Shown one piece after another: positions 1-13,875 of a stretch of 64,000 nucleotides of DNA. This DNA comes from the human T2T-CHM13v2.0 reference genome, Homo sapiens. Below the pieces are notes generated by a model. It saw nothing but the letters and a program-made list of their open reading frames with translations, was not told the origin of the DNA and did no database searches. Positions within the stretch are counted from its first letter, which is position 1. The number at the start of each line of letters is the position of its first letter. The DNA lies in NCBI RefSeq assembly GCF_009914755.1, contig NC_060932.1; one strand, given 5' to 3'. A program made the translations under genes and the position numbers.

Positions 1-476
1 ATTGTTTTTCAACCAATATTGGAAAGGGAAAGTTCCAAACCATACTAATTGGACCTACATTGAACATGGTAAATTCCTCCTCAAATAGTTGCTAATGGTT
101 TGCTGGGACAGTACTTCCCATCTGTAATAACTCTTAAAATTAAATTACTAATATCTTTGGATTTCTGGATCATCTTTTACTTAATATCCAAAAATAAATT
201 GTGAGGTTTTTTTAAATGCCTGGGTAAAATTCTGAAATAGTAGTTTATTTCAATTTTGATAGCTGCTGAGATTCACACTAGCTTTTCTTCAGTCGACACA
301 GTAAACAATAAAACTTCAGCAAAACTGGAAAATATAAGAACCCCCAATATATAGTCCCCCAAAGGATCCAGCAGGTTATAGAGTCCAAAGCCCTTATTTT
401 ATAAATGAGTAAACTGAAGACAAAAGCACCAATGTAGTTGCTTGAAGGTTATAAAATGGCAGGGATACATGTATGT

Positions 477-497
477 GTATATATATATATATATATA
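477..497. repeat. (TA)n microsatellite
   Basis: gtatatatatatatatatata run seen directly. Confidence 0.85.
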
Positions 498-1639
498 GCT
501 CCTTAAAATGTAGACTTTTGAAAGATCAGAGGATTTGAATATGTTTACATGTCAAGTGATTTTCTAAAGCTCTGGCTACTGAATTGGCTCTGAGTCAGCA
601 TGGCCCTTTGCCATATCAAATAAGAAAAATCACAAACAGATGACTAACTTACATAATGCATTTCTTTTGGAGCGAGGTCCTTGGCAACAGGAAAGGGTAA
701 TAGTGATTTTAAACATTGACTCTTCAGTGAAGAAGGTCACTGTGTGGTCATGGATGAGGAAAGTAATAAGATAATGTTGATGGCTTTTCTGACTTAGCAT
801 GCCTACAAGAAATCAGAATTCTGGGTGATGACACAGTCTGTCTATCTTAAGTAATCTTAACTGGGCATCAGGCCATCAATCTTGAAAACATAGGTTAAAG
901 CTCTTTGAACATTGATTATAACTAAGAGCAGCTGACTTTTTCACTGCACCATAAACCTCTTATGACTCTGACTCATCAGATGATTTGGAAAAGGTGTACT
1001 CACTGACAAAGAAAAAGAGAAAATATAGATGAGTTAAGTCACTTTAGTCCCAGAGGAGGACAACTGAGCATTAATAACATTTTAGAATTTATTTTCTGCC
1101 TGGGGTCAAATGACCAATTTCAGACAGCATTTCAAATTCTTTTTTTCAGCATGGCAGAGAAAAGTACATCAGAGCCTCACCAGAGCCTGAATACTTTCAA
1201 CCCAGTTGAATAGTTTATGCAATTAATTATGGCTTTTAATAGAAATGTATTCACTTTTACCTTGAGAGGATGAGAGGACATCCTAGAATATGGGTCAAAG
1301 TCCTATAACCAACACCTATGTGATAAATGGATTTACTACATTAGGTATTTAGTCCCTAACTTGGCATTCTACCTCCTTCATCACCAAATTTTATTTCTTC
1401 ACCAGTACTCTTTCTCAAACCATTACTCAATGACAATTCAGGCCATATAAACTCAAACTTTTGTGATCTGCATGTCTATGCTTTAAGTTTCACTCTTTAC
1501 CGTTCTGTCACTTTAATAAATATTGATATAGCATTCCCAACCCAAATTGTACATCCTTTGAAACTTTGACTAAATGGGTAATAATTATGACAATATTTAT
1601 AATAAATAATTATAAGAGCATATTATCAGCAATTGTATT

Positions 1640-3461
1640 CCACAAAACTGGATTATAAAGAAAAACTGAAAAATTCCTGAAAACACATAAATTAGTGAAA
1701 CTGGCTCAAAAAGAGATAGAACATCTCAACAGACCTATACTAACTAAAGAGATTGAATCAATAATTAGAAACCTTCCATCAAAGAAAAGCCCTGGACCAG
1801 ATGTGTTCACACGTGAATTCTAACAAAGAGTTAAAGAAGAATTAATATGCATCTTTCTTAAACTTTTCCAATAAATGGAAGAGGAGGAAACATTTTCTAA
1901 TTCATTTTATGAGGCCACCATTACTTGGATACCAAAGCGAGATAATAAAATAACAAGAAAATAAAATTACAGACTAATATCTCTTACAAATATAAATGCA
2001 AATATCTATCCTCAATAAAGTATTAGCAAATCTAATCCAACAATATATTCAAAGTATTATTCAGCTCAATCAAGTGGGATTAACAGAGAAAACCAAGGGT
2101 GCGTCAATATAGGAAAATCAATCCATGTAATACATCACATAAATAGAATATAGGTAAAAAAGAAACACATGAACATTTCAATAGATGCAGAAGCAGTATT
2201 TAACAAAATTGAGGAGAATTTCATGATAAAAACTCTCAGAAAACTTAGAATAGAATAATTCAGCCATATGATAAAGGGCTCTTATGAAAAACACATAGCA
2301 AATATAATATTCAATGGTGAAATGGAAGGCTTTACCCCTAAGAGTAGGAAGAAGACAAGAATGCCCGCTTTCACCACGCTATTAAGCATGGTACTGGAAG
2401 GCCCTACCAGAGCTACTACAAAAGAAAAAAAAAAAGAGAGAGAGAAAAAGCATTTATGTTGAAAAAAAAATCAGGTTAAAACCATCTCTATTTATAGATG
2501 TCATGGTCTTATACCTAGAAAATCCCAAAGAACCTAGTAGAAATCCCCAATAGCTAATAAATGAATTCAGCAACATTGCAGTATAAAATTCAATAAAGAA
2601 AAATCAGTTGAGTGTTTATATGACAACATGACCAACCAAACAGAAAATTAAGAAAGCAATTCTCTTTGCAATAAAGTCTAAAGTAGTTAAATACTGAGGA
2701 ATAGATCTAACCAGGTAGGTGAAATACTTGTATTTTGAAAGTTATGAATATTGCTGAAAGAAATTAAATAAGACATGAGTAATAAAGATTTGTGTTTATG
2801 GACAGGAAGACTTAACATTATTAATGTGTTAATGCCACATAAAGTGATCTACAGATTCAATGCAATCCCTATACAAATTATAACAGGCTTTTTCATAGAA
2901 ATGGGAAAAATGCCCTCAAATTCATATGGATTTTTAAGGGGCCCCAAATAGTCAATTATATAAAGAAGAAAAATAAAGCTGGAGGACTCACATTTCCTGA
3001 CTTTGCAATGTACCGTAAAGCCATAGTACTTACAACAGTATGGTGTTGGCATAAAGACAAACATGTAGACTAATAAAATGTAATAGAAAGCACAAAAATA
3101 ACCCCTGCATACTTAGTCAAATTATCTACAAGTATGCCAAAACCACTCAAAGAATGAAAGGACAATCTTTTCAATAAAAGGTGCTGGAAAAACTATATGT
3201 CCACATACAAAAGAATGAATTTGGATCCTTACCTTACAACATATACAAAAATTAACTCAAAATTATCAAAAACTGTAATAGCTGCAACTACAAAAGTCTT
3301 AGAGGAAATCATTGGGGAAAATCTTCATGACACTGGATTTGGTAATGATTTCATTGATATGATACCAAACACACAGGTAAGAAAAAAATACAGTAAAGTT
3401 GAACTTCATCAAAATTAATAATTTTTGTTTATCAGAGGACACTATCAAAAAAGTTAAAAGA
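1640..3461 (+). mobile_element. Old L1 (L1MB-like) ORF2 region, piece 1 of a host element split by two later insertions
   Basis: Degenerate ORF2 sequence (agccctggaccagatg..., ORF remnants ANIIFNGE, RMNLDPYLTTYTKINSK); many stops and frameshifts; colinear with 4492-5149 and 10662-11165. Confidence 0.85.
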
Positions 3462-3897
3462 TTCTGGTTGCTAATATTTTGTTGAGGAATTTTGCATCTA
3501 TGTTCATCAGGATTATTGGCCTGAAGTTTTCTTTTTTTCATTGTGTCTCTGTCAGATTTTGGTATCAAGATGATGCTGGCTTTGCAGAATGAGCTATGGA
3601 GGAGTCCTCCTCCTCAATTTTTTTTGAATAATTTCAGTAGGATTGGCACTAGTTTTTCTTTGCACATCTGGTAGAATTTGGCTGTAAGTCCATCTGGTCA
3701 AGGGCTGTTTTGGTTTGTAGGATTTTTTAAATTACTGATTCAGTTTAAGAACTTGTTATTGGTCTGTTTAGGTTTCTACATTCATCTCGGTTCAATGTTT
3801 CCAAGAATGTATCCATTTCCTCTAGATATTTGACTTTGTGTGCATAAAGGTGTTCATAAATGTCTCTGAAGATCTTTTGTGTTTCTGTGGGATGGAT
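3462..3897 (-). mobile_element. Inverted 5' segment (ORF2) of a younger L1PB/old-L1PA-like insertion
   Basis: Antisense ORF2 (ttgttgaggaattttgcatctatgttcatcagg...); remnant [27 protein letters not shown] on the minus strand; begins immediately after the left TSD copy. Confidence 0.85.
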
Positions 3898-3899
3898 TA

Positions 3900-4152
3900 T
3901 AATGCATATTCTCATATATAAGTGAGAGCTAAACATAGAGTACACATAAACATAAAGATGGGGACACTGGGGAATAATAGAGGGGGAAGAGAGGGAGAGG
4001 AACAAAGATGAAAAACTACCTATGGGGTACTATGCTCACTACCTGGGCAAGGGGTTCAATCATAGCCCAAGCCTCAGCATCACACAATATACCTTTATAA
4101 CAAACCTGCACTTATACACCCTGTTTCTAAAATAGAAGTTGGACAAGAAAAA
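3900..4152 (+). mobile_element. 3' UTR end of the same L1PB/old-L1PA-like insertion
   Basis: gggtactatgctcactacctggg...acaaacctgcac...ctaaaatagaagtt followed by a short A-rich tail. Confidence 0.8.
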
Positions 4153-4491
4153 ATGATGCGTAGTATAAATTATTTAAATGTTTTGCAGAAAGTTTATACA
4201 ATTTATTTCCTACTAGTTTACTGTGATTTTTTTAGATACCATGATTGCTATGAATGATGGTAACTTATAAGGTGGTCACAGGAATGGAAGTGGATAAAAG
4301 GTGATGAAATTGAGACATGGAAGCCAAAACCAAAAGGATCATATATTGATGTGGTTTTGGGAGGTTAAGAGATGACAAGATTGATTCTGGCTTCTGCTAC
4401 TGGGAAAATGTTTGTTTTCTGGTTTGTTTATAGAGAACAAGAGAGAAAAATAAAAATAAAAAAACAAGGATATGCCCCCCCTTAAAAAGTT

Positions 4492-5149
4492 AAAAAAGTT
4501 AAAAGAAAACCTGTAGAATGAGATAAAGTATTTAGAAATTAAGTAAGTGATACAAGATTAATATCTAGGACATATAAAACGCACTTAAAACTCAACAATA
4601 ATGACAATAACAAGAAAAAAAGTTCAAAAAGGCCAAAGCACTTGAGCAAACACTTCTTTAAAGATACACAAATGGACAATAAGCACTTGAAAAGATGCTC
4701 AACCTCGTTAGTTATTAGGGAAATGCAAATCAAAACCAAATAAGATACCACTTCATACCTACTAAGAGGGCAACTACAAAAACCCCTGAAAAATAACAAG
4801 TGTTGGTGAGGATGTGAAAAAATTGACACCCTCTTGCATTGCTGGTTGGAATGTTAAATGGTGCAGCCACTGTGGGAAACAGTTCAGCACGTTCTAAAAA
4901 ATGTTAAAAATATAATAATCATATGACCCAGAAATTTCACTACTAGGTATGTATCCAAAGCAATTCCACTATTAGGTATGTATCCAAAGTAATTGAAGCA
5001 GGGAAGAGAAACCCATACAGCAATGTCCTTAGCAGCATTATTCATAATAGCCAAAAGGTGGAAACAACTCAAGTGTCCATTAACAGATAATAAATAAGCA
5101 AAATGTGGCATAAAGACACAATGGAATACTATTCAGCCATATAAAGAAT
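4492..5149 (+). mobile_element. Host L1MB-like element, piece 2 (ORF2 C-terminus / 3' region)
   Basis: Resumes at the second copy of TSD aaaaaagttaaaaga; gaaatgcaaatcaaaacc, atggaatactattcagccat motifs. Confidence 0.85.
4933..4990. repeat. 29-bp tandem duplication within L1
   Basis: aatttcactactaggtatgtatccaaagc / aattccactattaggtatgtatccaaagt. Confidence 0.8.
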
Positions 5150-6038
5150 TCTTTTCCTACTTTATTGAAATATAGTTGGCAGTTAAAAATGTTATATATA
5201 CACACACACATATATATAGAGAGTACAACTAGATGATTTAGTGTATGAATGTAATATATGAATACATTCCGAAATGTTATCACAATGAACTAAATTAACA
5301 TATATAACCTCACATATTTACTTTTTTGTTATGAAAACAAGATTTATCTTCTTAGTAAATTTCAAGTACACAATAGAATACTATTAACTATAGTCACATT
5401 GTTGTACATTAGATCTTCAGAACTTACTTATCTCACATAACTAAAACTTTGTACCCCTTGATCAATATCTCCCCATATCCCTTTCCTCCAGCCCCTGGTA
5501 ACTACCATTCTAATTTTTGTTTTATGGGTTTGACTTTTTCAGATTCCACATGTGAGCTTATGCTGCATTTGTCTTTCTGTGTCAGGCTTGTTTCACTTAG
5601 CATAATACCCTCCAGTTGTATGCATGTTGTCATAAAAGGCATGATTTCTTTCTTTTCTAAAACTGAATAATATTTCAATGTGTCTGTATATGAGTATTTA
5701 CAGAAATGTAATTATTTTTGTATTTTGATTTTATAACTTGCAATTTTACTAAAGGTGTATCAGTTCTAACAGTTTTTTAAAAATATTTACAGTTTTCTAC
5801 ATATATGATTATGTCATCAACAAATAGAAATGATTTTTTATTTGGATGCCATTTATTTCTTTTTCTTGTCTAAACGCTTTGGCTAGGTCTTTCAGTGCTA
5901 TTTTCAAAAGAAGTGAATAGAGTGGAAATCTTTACCTTGGGCCATATCTTAGAGGAACAACTTTTGTGTGTTCCCCATTAATTATGATGCTAGCTGTGGG
6001 CTTTTCATATATGGCTTTTATTGTGCCTTCTAAAACTA

Positions 6039-6252
6039 TAGACAGTCCTCCATATCCCTGGGTTGCACATCTCTGGATTCAACCATGGAGAGAAAACATA
6101 TAATTTGTGGGATGCAAAATTTGCAGATTTGAAAGGGCGATGTTTGTATCCGCAGTTCTGCAAGTGCCGACCGTGAGACTTGAGAAACCATGGATTTTTA
6201 TATCCACAGAAGGTCCTAAAACCAATTCCCCTCAGATACTAAGGGACAGTTG
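6039..6252 (-). mobile_element. MER8/MER2-like Tigger (Tc1/mariner) MITE inserted in L1
   Basis: Reverse complement reads caactgtcccttagtatctgaggggaattggttttaggacc...; degenerate TIRs, TA on both sides. Confidence 0.75.
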
Positions 6253-9200
6253 TATTTTGCTAATTGTTTTAATCATGAATGGATGTTGAATTTCATCAAA
6301 TGTGTTTCCTGCATCTATTGAGATAGCCATTTTTTAAAAATTTTATTAATGTTTTATATCACACTGATCGATTTTTGTATGTTGAACAATCCTTGAATTC
6401 CAGGGATAAGTCCCACTTGGTCATGGTGTGTGATGCTCTGAATTTAGCAGAATTTGGTTTGCTTGTATATTATTTAGTACTTTTATTTTATGTTTATTAG
6501 AAATATATTGTGGTTTTCTTTTCTTGTAATGTTTGTCTTATTTTGGTATGAGGGTGATTCTGAACTCATAAGTTTGGAAGTTTTTGATCATTTCCTATTT
6601 TTGGGAAAAATTTAAGAAGGTTTGGTGTTAATTCCTCTTTGATGTTTGTTAGAATTCATCTATAAAGCCATCTAGTCTTGGGTTTTTATTTGTTAGGAGA
6701 TACTTGACTATTGCTTTAATCTTCTTAATTTTTTTATCTGTTCCTGCTTTTTATTTCATCTTGATTTTATTTTGTTAGGTTATATAGCCCTAGGAATTTA
6801 TTCATTTATTCTAAGTTATGCAACTTGTTGGGATATGATTATTCATAATATTCCTTTATGATCATTTTTATTCCTGAGACATAGATTGTAGTGTCTTCTC
6901 TTTCATGTCTGGATTTTATTATCTGAGTCCTCTCTCATTTTCTCTTAGTCTAACAAAGGGCTTATTTTTTCTAAACACCAGCTCTGGAATTGTTTCTTCT
7001 TTTCTATTTTCATAAAATCTCTATTGTACTTATTTGTGGTCTACTCTTGATTGTTTCCTTTCCCCCACCCCCCCATGACATTAGGTTAGTTTGTTGTTAT
7101 TTTTCTAGTTATTTGTGATGTTAAGTTAAAGTGTTTATTTGAGGTCTTTTTTCTTTTATAAAGTAAGTGTTTATCACTGTAAACTTTTCTCATATTACTC
7201 TTGTACTTTTATTACTGCTTTTGCTTTATCTCATAGGTTTTGGTATGTTGTATTGTCATTTTTAATTCTATTTTGATTTCCTCTTTGACCCAATGATTGT
7301 TCAAACTATGTGTTTAGTTTACAAGTATTTGTGAATTTTCCAGTTTTCTTCCTGTTATTCGTTTTAAGTTTCATTCTATTGTGGTCAAGAAAAAATACTT
7401 GGAATGATTTCAATATCCTTAAATTTGTTAAGGTTTATTTTGTGACCTTATAAGTGATCTATACTGGGGAATATTCCATGTGTTCTTGAGAAGAATGTGT
7501 ATTCTTATGCTGTTTGTTGGAAAGTTCTGTTTGAGTGTGTTAGTTCCATTGGTCTACACATTGTAGAAGTCTGTTGTATCTTTCTTGGTTTTTTGTCTAA
7601 ATGTTCTATTCATTATTGTAAGTGGAATATCAAAAGTCCCCTGCTGTTATTATATTGCTGTCAATTTCTGTCATCAGATCTGTTAATATTTTCTTCACAT
7701 ATTTGCATGCTTTGATATTGGGGGCATATATATTTATGATTGTTGTATCTCCCTGTTGAATTAATCTTTTATCACTATATAATGTTTTTCTTTGTCTTTA
7801 GAGACAGGTTTAGAATTAAACTATATTTTATCTGATATAAGTGTAGTCACACCTGCTTTCTTTTCATTATCTATTGCATGGAATATATTTTTCTATTCCT
7901 TCACTTGCAGCCTATGTGTGTCTTTAAGTCTAAAGTGAGCCTATTGTACACATATCTGTGAATTTTTTTTCTGTATAACCCCTCTAGGCCTTTTGATTGG
8001 AGAGTTTAGTTCATTTTCATGTAAGGTGATTATTGGTAAGTTTGGCCTTACTATTGCCATTTTGTTCATTCTTTTCGATCTATTTTTCATTTGTTTCTCT
8101 ATTCTTTTTCTTCTCTTGCTGTCTTATTTTGTTATTTAATAATTATTTAACATTTTACTTTGATTATTTTCTCTTTATCTTTTGTATATCTATTACAGAT
8201 TTTTCTTTGTGGTTGGCTTAATGTTTGTATACTGTATCTTATTCTGAGATACTATAAGTTGTATCTTATAGTTAAGCCTTCTATTTTAAGTTGGTAACAA
8301 CTTAACCTCAGTTAAGAATGAAGTTAAAACTACAGTTTTACTTTCTCCTTCAGCTTTGTGTTATTGTAGTCATGATTTGCTTTTATTAATATTGTGTATG
8401 CATTAAAAAATTCTCATCTTTTAACTTCTATATTAGAATTAAAATAAATTATGCATCACCATTAATGCGTAAGAATGAGCTGTATATGGTTATATAGTTA
8501 CCTTCCCCAGTAAAATTTATGCTTTCATATGCTTTTGTATTGTTGTTTAGTATGGGTTTATTTCAATTTGAAGAATTTATTTAAGCATGTCTTGTAAAGC
8601 ATGTTTAGCAGTGTTGAACTCCCTCAGTTTTAGCTTGGGAAAGTTTTTATCTCTCCTTTCTTTCTGAAGGACATATTTCCTGATATTCTCGAATGGCAAT
8701 TTTTTATTTCAGTACTCTGAATATGTCATCTTATTTTCTGCTGGTTTGTGAGGTTTCTGTTGAGAAATCTACCAACAGTCTTATAGAGATTCTCTTATAT
8801 GTGATGTTATGCTTTTTTAGTCCCTTTCAACATTTCCTTTTTGTCCTTGACTTTAGACAAGTTGGCCATAATGTATCTCTGAAGATCACTTGATGTTCAG
8901 CTTATTTGGGGTTTATGGGCATAATGGATTTGGATGCCTGTTTCTCTGCACACTTTGAGGAATTTTCCATCATTTAAAAAAAATTAGTTTTGGCTCCTTT
9001 CTTTTTCTCCACTCTTTCTGGGAATTTCATTTATATGTAAATTGTTTCACTTAATGGTATCCCATAAGTTATATAGGCTTTCTTCACTTATTTTCATTTT
9101 TTTCTTCTTTTCATTCCTCTAACTGGATAATTTTAAGAGATCTCTCTTCAAGTTAACTGATTCTTTCATCTGCATGACTGAGTTTTCTGTTGGGGCTCTC

Positions 9201-9524
9201 TATTGAAATTTTCTGCTCCAGAATTTCTGTGTCTTTTAAAATTGTTTCTTATTATATAACTTCTAATTTTGTTCATGCATTGTTTCCCTGATTTTGTTTA
9301 GTTGATTTTCTTTATTCTCTTGTAGCTCACTGAGCTTTCCTAATATTTTTTTGAATTCTTGGTCAGGGAATTGATAAAGCTCCATTTTTGGGGTGGTCAG
9401 TTACTAAAAAATTATTGTGTTTCTTTGGTGGTGTCGTGTTTTTTTACTTTTTTTGTTTATTATAACCTTGCATTGATGTCTTCCTATTTTAGGGAATAGT
9501 CACCTCTTCCTCACTTTACATACT

Positions 9525-9529
9525 TCTCT

Positions 9530-9563
<34 letters not shown>
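9525..9563. repeat. (TC)n(TG)n compound microsatellite
   Basis: tctctctc followed by about 15 TG units. Confidence 0.95.
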
Positions 9564-9564
<1 letters not shown>

Positions 9565-10661
9565 GGAAGCTATTCACCTATTGGTGGGTACAAGGGCACT
9601 GGCTAAAAAGTGTGTGGTAGCCTAGTTTCCATGCAGCTCCATCAGCTGAGGTCAGTGTCAGCATAGACTCAGGGAGATCTCATTAGCCAAGGCTGTGGGC
9701 ATTCTTTTACTCTCCTGACATAGCTAGGAATTTTGAGGTCCTTAATGGTGAAGGCTGTTGCAGTTCTCTTGTTTTATTTTACCTCCACAGGGTGAATTTA
9801 TGGCTGAGGGAATTCATTATGGTGCTGGTTCCAGCATTTGAGTGTGCTTTTGGTGGCAGTGATGCCAGTGTGTGAGGCACAAAATTGCCCAGAATGGTTG
9901 CAGAATTAGGATCGGAAGCATGAGCATTAACAGAGTGACCATGGCCAGAGACTATGGTGTGGGCTTGCCACCTGTGGTGCTCCTGTCAGATGTGGGCATA
10001 CATAGAGTGGGTGCAGAGACAGGATCCTAAACACAGAAGGGAGTAGAGTAACAGCAATGCTGGAGTTTGAATGTGCATGTTTTTGCAGGGGGATAGACGA
10101 GTGGGTGCTGGTTCTGGCCCAGGGTGGTGAAGTGTTTCCACAGCAACTTTGATGGCTACTGAGCTCCTCAGCAGCAACAACTGCTAGAGTCTTCCTGCAG
10201 GCCACTGGGGACCATAGTATCACTTGCTGCATGGCTGAAACTGTTTGGCCCTGCCCTTTTTCTTTGTTTTCAGCTTCTCCAGACATCTCATCTATATTGA
10301 TCTTTCTGGTAGTCTGGTTGGTATACAACCAAAATGGACCCTTCAAGCAGTGACCCAAAAGGCCAGGGCAGCTAGTCATTTGCCCTACTTTCTTTTTCAC
10401 CATGAGGGAAAATCATGGGCTGAGAGTTTCTTTTCGAGGCTGAACTGTCCCAGGCTGGAGGATAGGACGATGCAGGCAAAAAAACTCTTTCCCCTATTTT
10501 TTCTGTGTAGTTATTTTTTTTCCTTCAATGTGTTGCTGCAGCTTTTTATCTGAACTGAACTCATCCAGATCTATTTTCATCCAAAGATAGCTGTCTAATT
10601 GTTGTTTCTACGGGGAGACAAAGGTTGGGGTAGCCTACTTCACCACATTGCTAATGTCATG

Positions 10662-11165
10662 GAAAGAATACAATTTTGATATAAGCTTCAACATGGATAA
10701 ACCTTGAAAGAATTTTGCTTAGTAAAATAAGCCAGATACAGAAGATAAATATTGTATGGTTCCATGTTTGTCAGATACTTAGAATAAACAAATTCATAGA
10801 AACAGAAGGGAGACTATAAATTACTAAGGGTTGAAGGGGTTGTTGAGGGGAGAAGGGAGAGTTATTGTTTAACGGGTACAGAGTTATTGTTTAATGGGTA
10901 CAGGGTTTATACACCAAACCATTCTAGTGAATACATTAAAAATCAGAAAAGGAATATACACACCTAAAACACTTATCAATACCAGACTATAAATTACTAA
11001 GATGAAATTGAGAGCTATTGGTGAGTTGGGGATGATAAAACATTTGGGGGTATAGATAATAGTGTGGGTTGACAGCATTGTGAATAAATTTAATGCAACT
11101 AAATTGTATATTTACAAATGGCTAAAATTACATCATGTTTTATATATATTTTTCCACAATAACAA
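10662..11165 (+). mobile_element. Host L1MB-like element, piece 3 (3' end)
   Basis: caacatggataaaccttgaa...ataagccagatacagaaga...gagttattgtttaatgggtacag; contains a 22-bp tandem duplication at 10859-10902. Confidence 0.8.
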
Positions 11166-12829
11166 TGCGATTTATCAGTTTCATAAATATTTGGAAAAAA
11201 TAATAGGGGATACTCATACCTCAATGAATAATTGTAGATGGTGTCAAGGTTTATTTCTATTTTGTTCTTACCTTCAGGGATCTTCAGTCAAGTGAGGAAG
11301 ATAGTCATATGTTTAAAAAATGGCTTTTTTCCTGAACCTTGTTAATTCCAGATAATTCTACTATCATATCAATATTTCTGTCTTTTCATGCTATATCTTC
11401 CCTGCTTTATCTAGCAGACAGTTGAAACAAGGAAATGAGGGCTTGTAGTATTTGTGTATTAGACTCTTAAGTTAATCCCTATTTTGACTACCTTTCCCCC
11501 TTCAAATCTTAAATAGGATATAATGACTGATCTTAGGAATATACTATAGAGGATCTTATCTTATCTTATCACATCTAATGAAAACTGATAGCACTGAAAA
11601 AATATTTAACTACATATTGTACCCAAAGTTAAAATGTCTTATACTGTCAGATAAATAGTTCAAAAAGGGCTATAGTCATATTTTAATTAGTAATTTTCCT
11701 GTCAACTATAAAATATCACTGTCATTATTCAGAAAATTGTCTCATAGTAACAAAATCTATAATTTCATAGTAATACTTTCACTTGACAGTCACATTCATT
11801 TTCTCTTTCTCTAAGGGATAGTATTACAGGCTTTGAAAGTTAAACATAAAACTATCTTTATGTTTTGTGAACACTAACATAAAAACTATTCTAATAAGAT
11901 AGCTTGTGAATATATAAGCTGTGTTTATATACTGTGCCATCACTATATGTTTACATGTTTATAAAATCTTTTCATTTATAATGACATATTATGTTCTAGA
12001 GATCATTATAGACCATTTAAGAAGATATCTTGTAGGTATTACAAGCTTCAAAATAACACAAAAGTACATTTCATTTTTTGGCAAAACACAGCATTTTCAT
12101 GATAAAATATCTTATAATGCATACATAAAAAATAGAGAAATACACTGCATTTTTGAGTGAGTAAACAAGAGAAGATATATGTGCCATTGGCAAAGAGTGT
12201 TCTGTTTAAGTTTGGTTTATTATACACAATGAATTAGTATTTTTTAGCTTCCATATGCTATGCCTTATTTTAATGTTCATAATATGATCTTGAGGAAGAG
12301 AAAATATGCTGAATGCCTACTGAATTGCTACATAAAAATTAGATTTGCTTCAGTGTAATGTTATCGATAATTATATTATTGTACAAACATTATATGTCTT
12401 CTGAACTCCTGTGAGAACTCATCAATACCTCTCATTTGCATCTTAGTAATTTATAGTCTGGTATTGATAAGTGTTTTAGGTGTGTATATTCCTTGTCTGA
12501 TTTTTAATGTATTCACTAGAATGGTTTTGTGTACATGGTGCTGACTACACATAGTTAATCAATAAGTAGCTGTTGATTTGAATTCACCTTCTAACTCTAA
12601 TCACCAGAATACCTACAGGAAAGCTCCATTCCCCAGGCATGTAAGAAAATATCAAGGTTACATTAATTTTGAAAGTGCTAATCTGGAATTGATTTTCAGT
12701 TAATGAGGAAATGTTTTATTTCTCTAGGCTTTCTAAAGTATTGGATGTTTTAAATTTGTTTAATCTACGTATTTGTATGTGCATAGTTGATAATTTCTTT
12801 ATTTTTAATAAACATGGGCTATAGATTTT

Positions 12830-12945
12830 TCCCACTAGAAGTAAGCTACATTATAACAGTAAATATCTTTTTCATTTTCACTGTTATATATCCAGCACCT
12901 TTAGCAGGAACAAGTAGATGCTCAATAATATTAGCTAAATGGAAG
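12830..12945 (+). mobile_element. L2 3' end fragment
   Basis: cactagaagtaagct...tcactgttatatatccagcacct...gtagatgctcaataat. Confidence 0.6.
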
Positions 12946-13629
12946 ACTTAAGAATATATATTCAGAGTATAATTTCATGCTTTCTGTTTAAAAAAATAAG
13001 TCAGAGATATATTTCATGACAATACTGAAATAACTTCACTAAGAAATGTAGAACACCGGACATCCAGACAAATTCATGCACACAAACACACACACTATTT
13101 TAAAGAAATAAAGAAAAATTTTTAGATAGTGACATATATCCTTAAGTAAATATGTAATTAGTAGAGGCTTCTATCAAAATTCCAATGCAATTTTTTCAGG
13201 AATTGATCACATTTTTGTAAAGCTCACGGGGAATTTTCTGACTCAAGATCACTGTTTTTTTACATCTCCTTTCATCCTAGATCTCATTAAAATAGTAGAA
13301 TAAGTATTTTTAAAAATAAGCATAAAACATAGAAACATTGGAAGGATAAGAATAAGCTAGAAGGAGAATGGAATACTGAAGAATTTCAGATAAATATGAT
13401 TTGCATAAATTAATAGCAAAACTCATTAGAACTGAGGAATTAATTCTACACAGGCAAAAAGGCAGACATCTAAAACAACAAAAATTTCCCAAAAGAATTT
13501 TGGAATCACAAGATCAAGTCAAGCAAGTATCAGAGAAGGACTGGGCCATTTGTCAAGGACGAGATTAGACCAACCATTGCTTGACAATCTGAGAGAATAA
13601 CTTGGGCATTGCTCACCTAGTAGCTAAAA

Positions 13630-13875
13630 TAGTATGGTGGTGGTTAAAAACACTGACTTGGGAGTCAAACTACGGGATTAAGTACCACATCTTCCACTTG
13701 TTATCTATGTAAACTTGGGCAAATTTTATAATCTAGCAAATTTCAATTTATCCATTGGTATATAAGAGATAATAATTGTTCATATGGAGTTGTGAGTATT
13801 AAAAATGTTAATAAATGGAAAGTACTTAGAATGGCACCTGAAATATATTAAGTGCAGTATTAGTGTTTGCTCTTG
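13630..13875 (+). mobile_element. MIR SINE
   Basis: gtggttaaaaacactgacttgggagtca...cttgggcaaatt...gttgtgagtattaaa...aaagtacttagaatggcacctg. Confidence 0.75.

Larger units (their letters stand above)
5150..10660 (-). mobile_element. Near-full-span L1MA-type element (5'UTR-ORF1-ORF2-3'UTR, internal ORF2 deletion) nested in the host L1
   Basis: L1MA 3' end antisense at 5150-5700; antisense ORF2 to ~8400; ORF1-like region; GC-richer 5'UTR ~9570-10660 ending caccacattgctaatgtca; aaagaat on both sides. Confidence 0.8.

Noticed and set aside
9927-10553. 158-aa and 102-aa ORFs
   Set aside because: Within the decayed L1MA 5'UTR; no coding signature.
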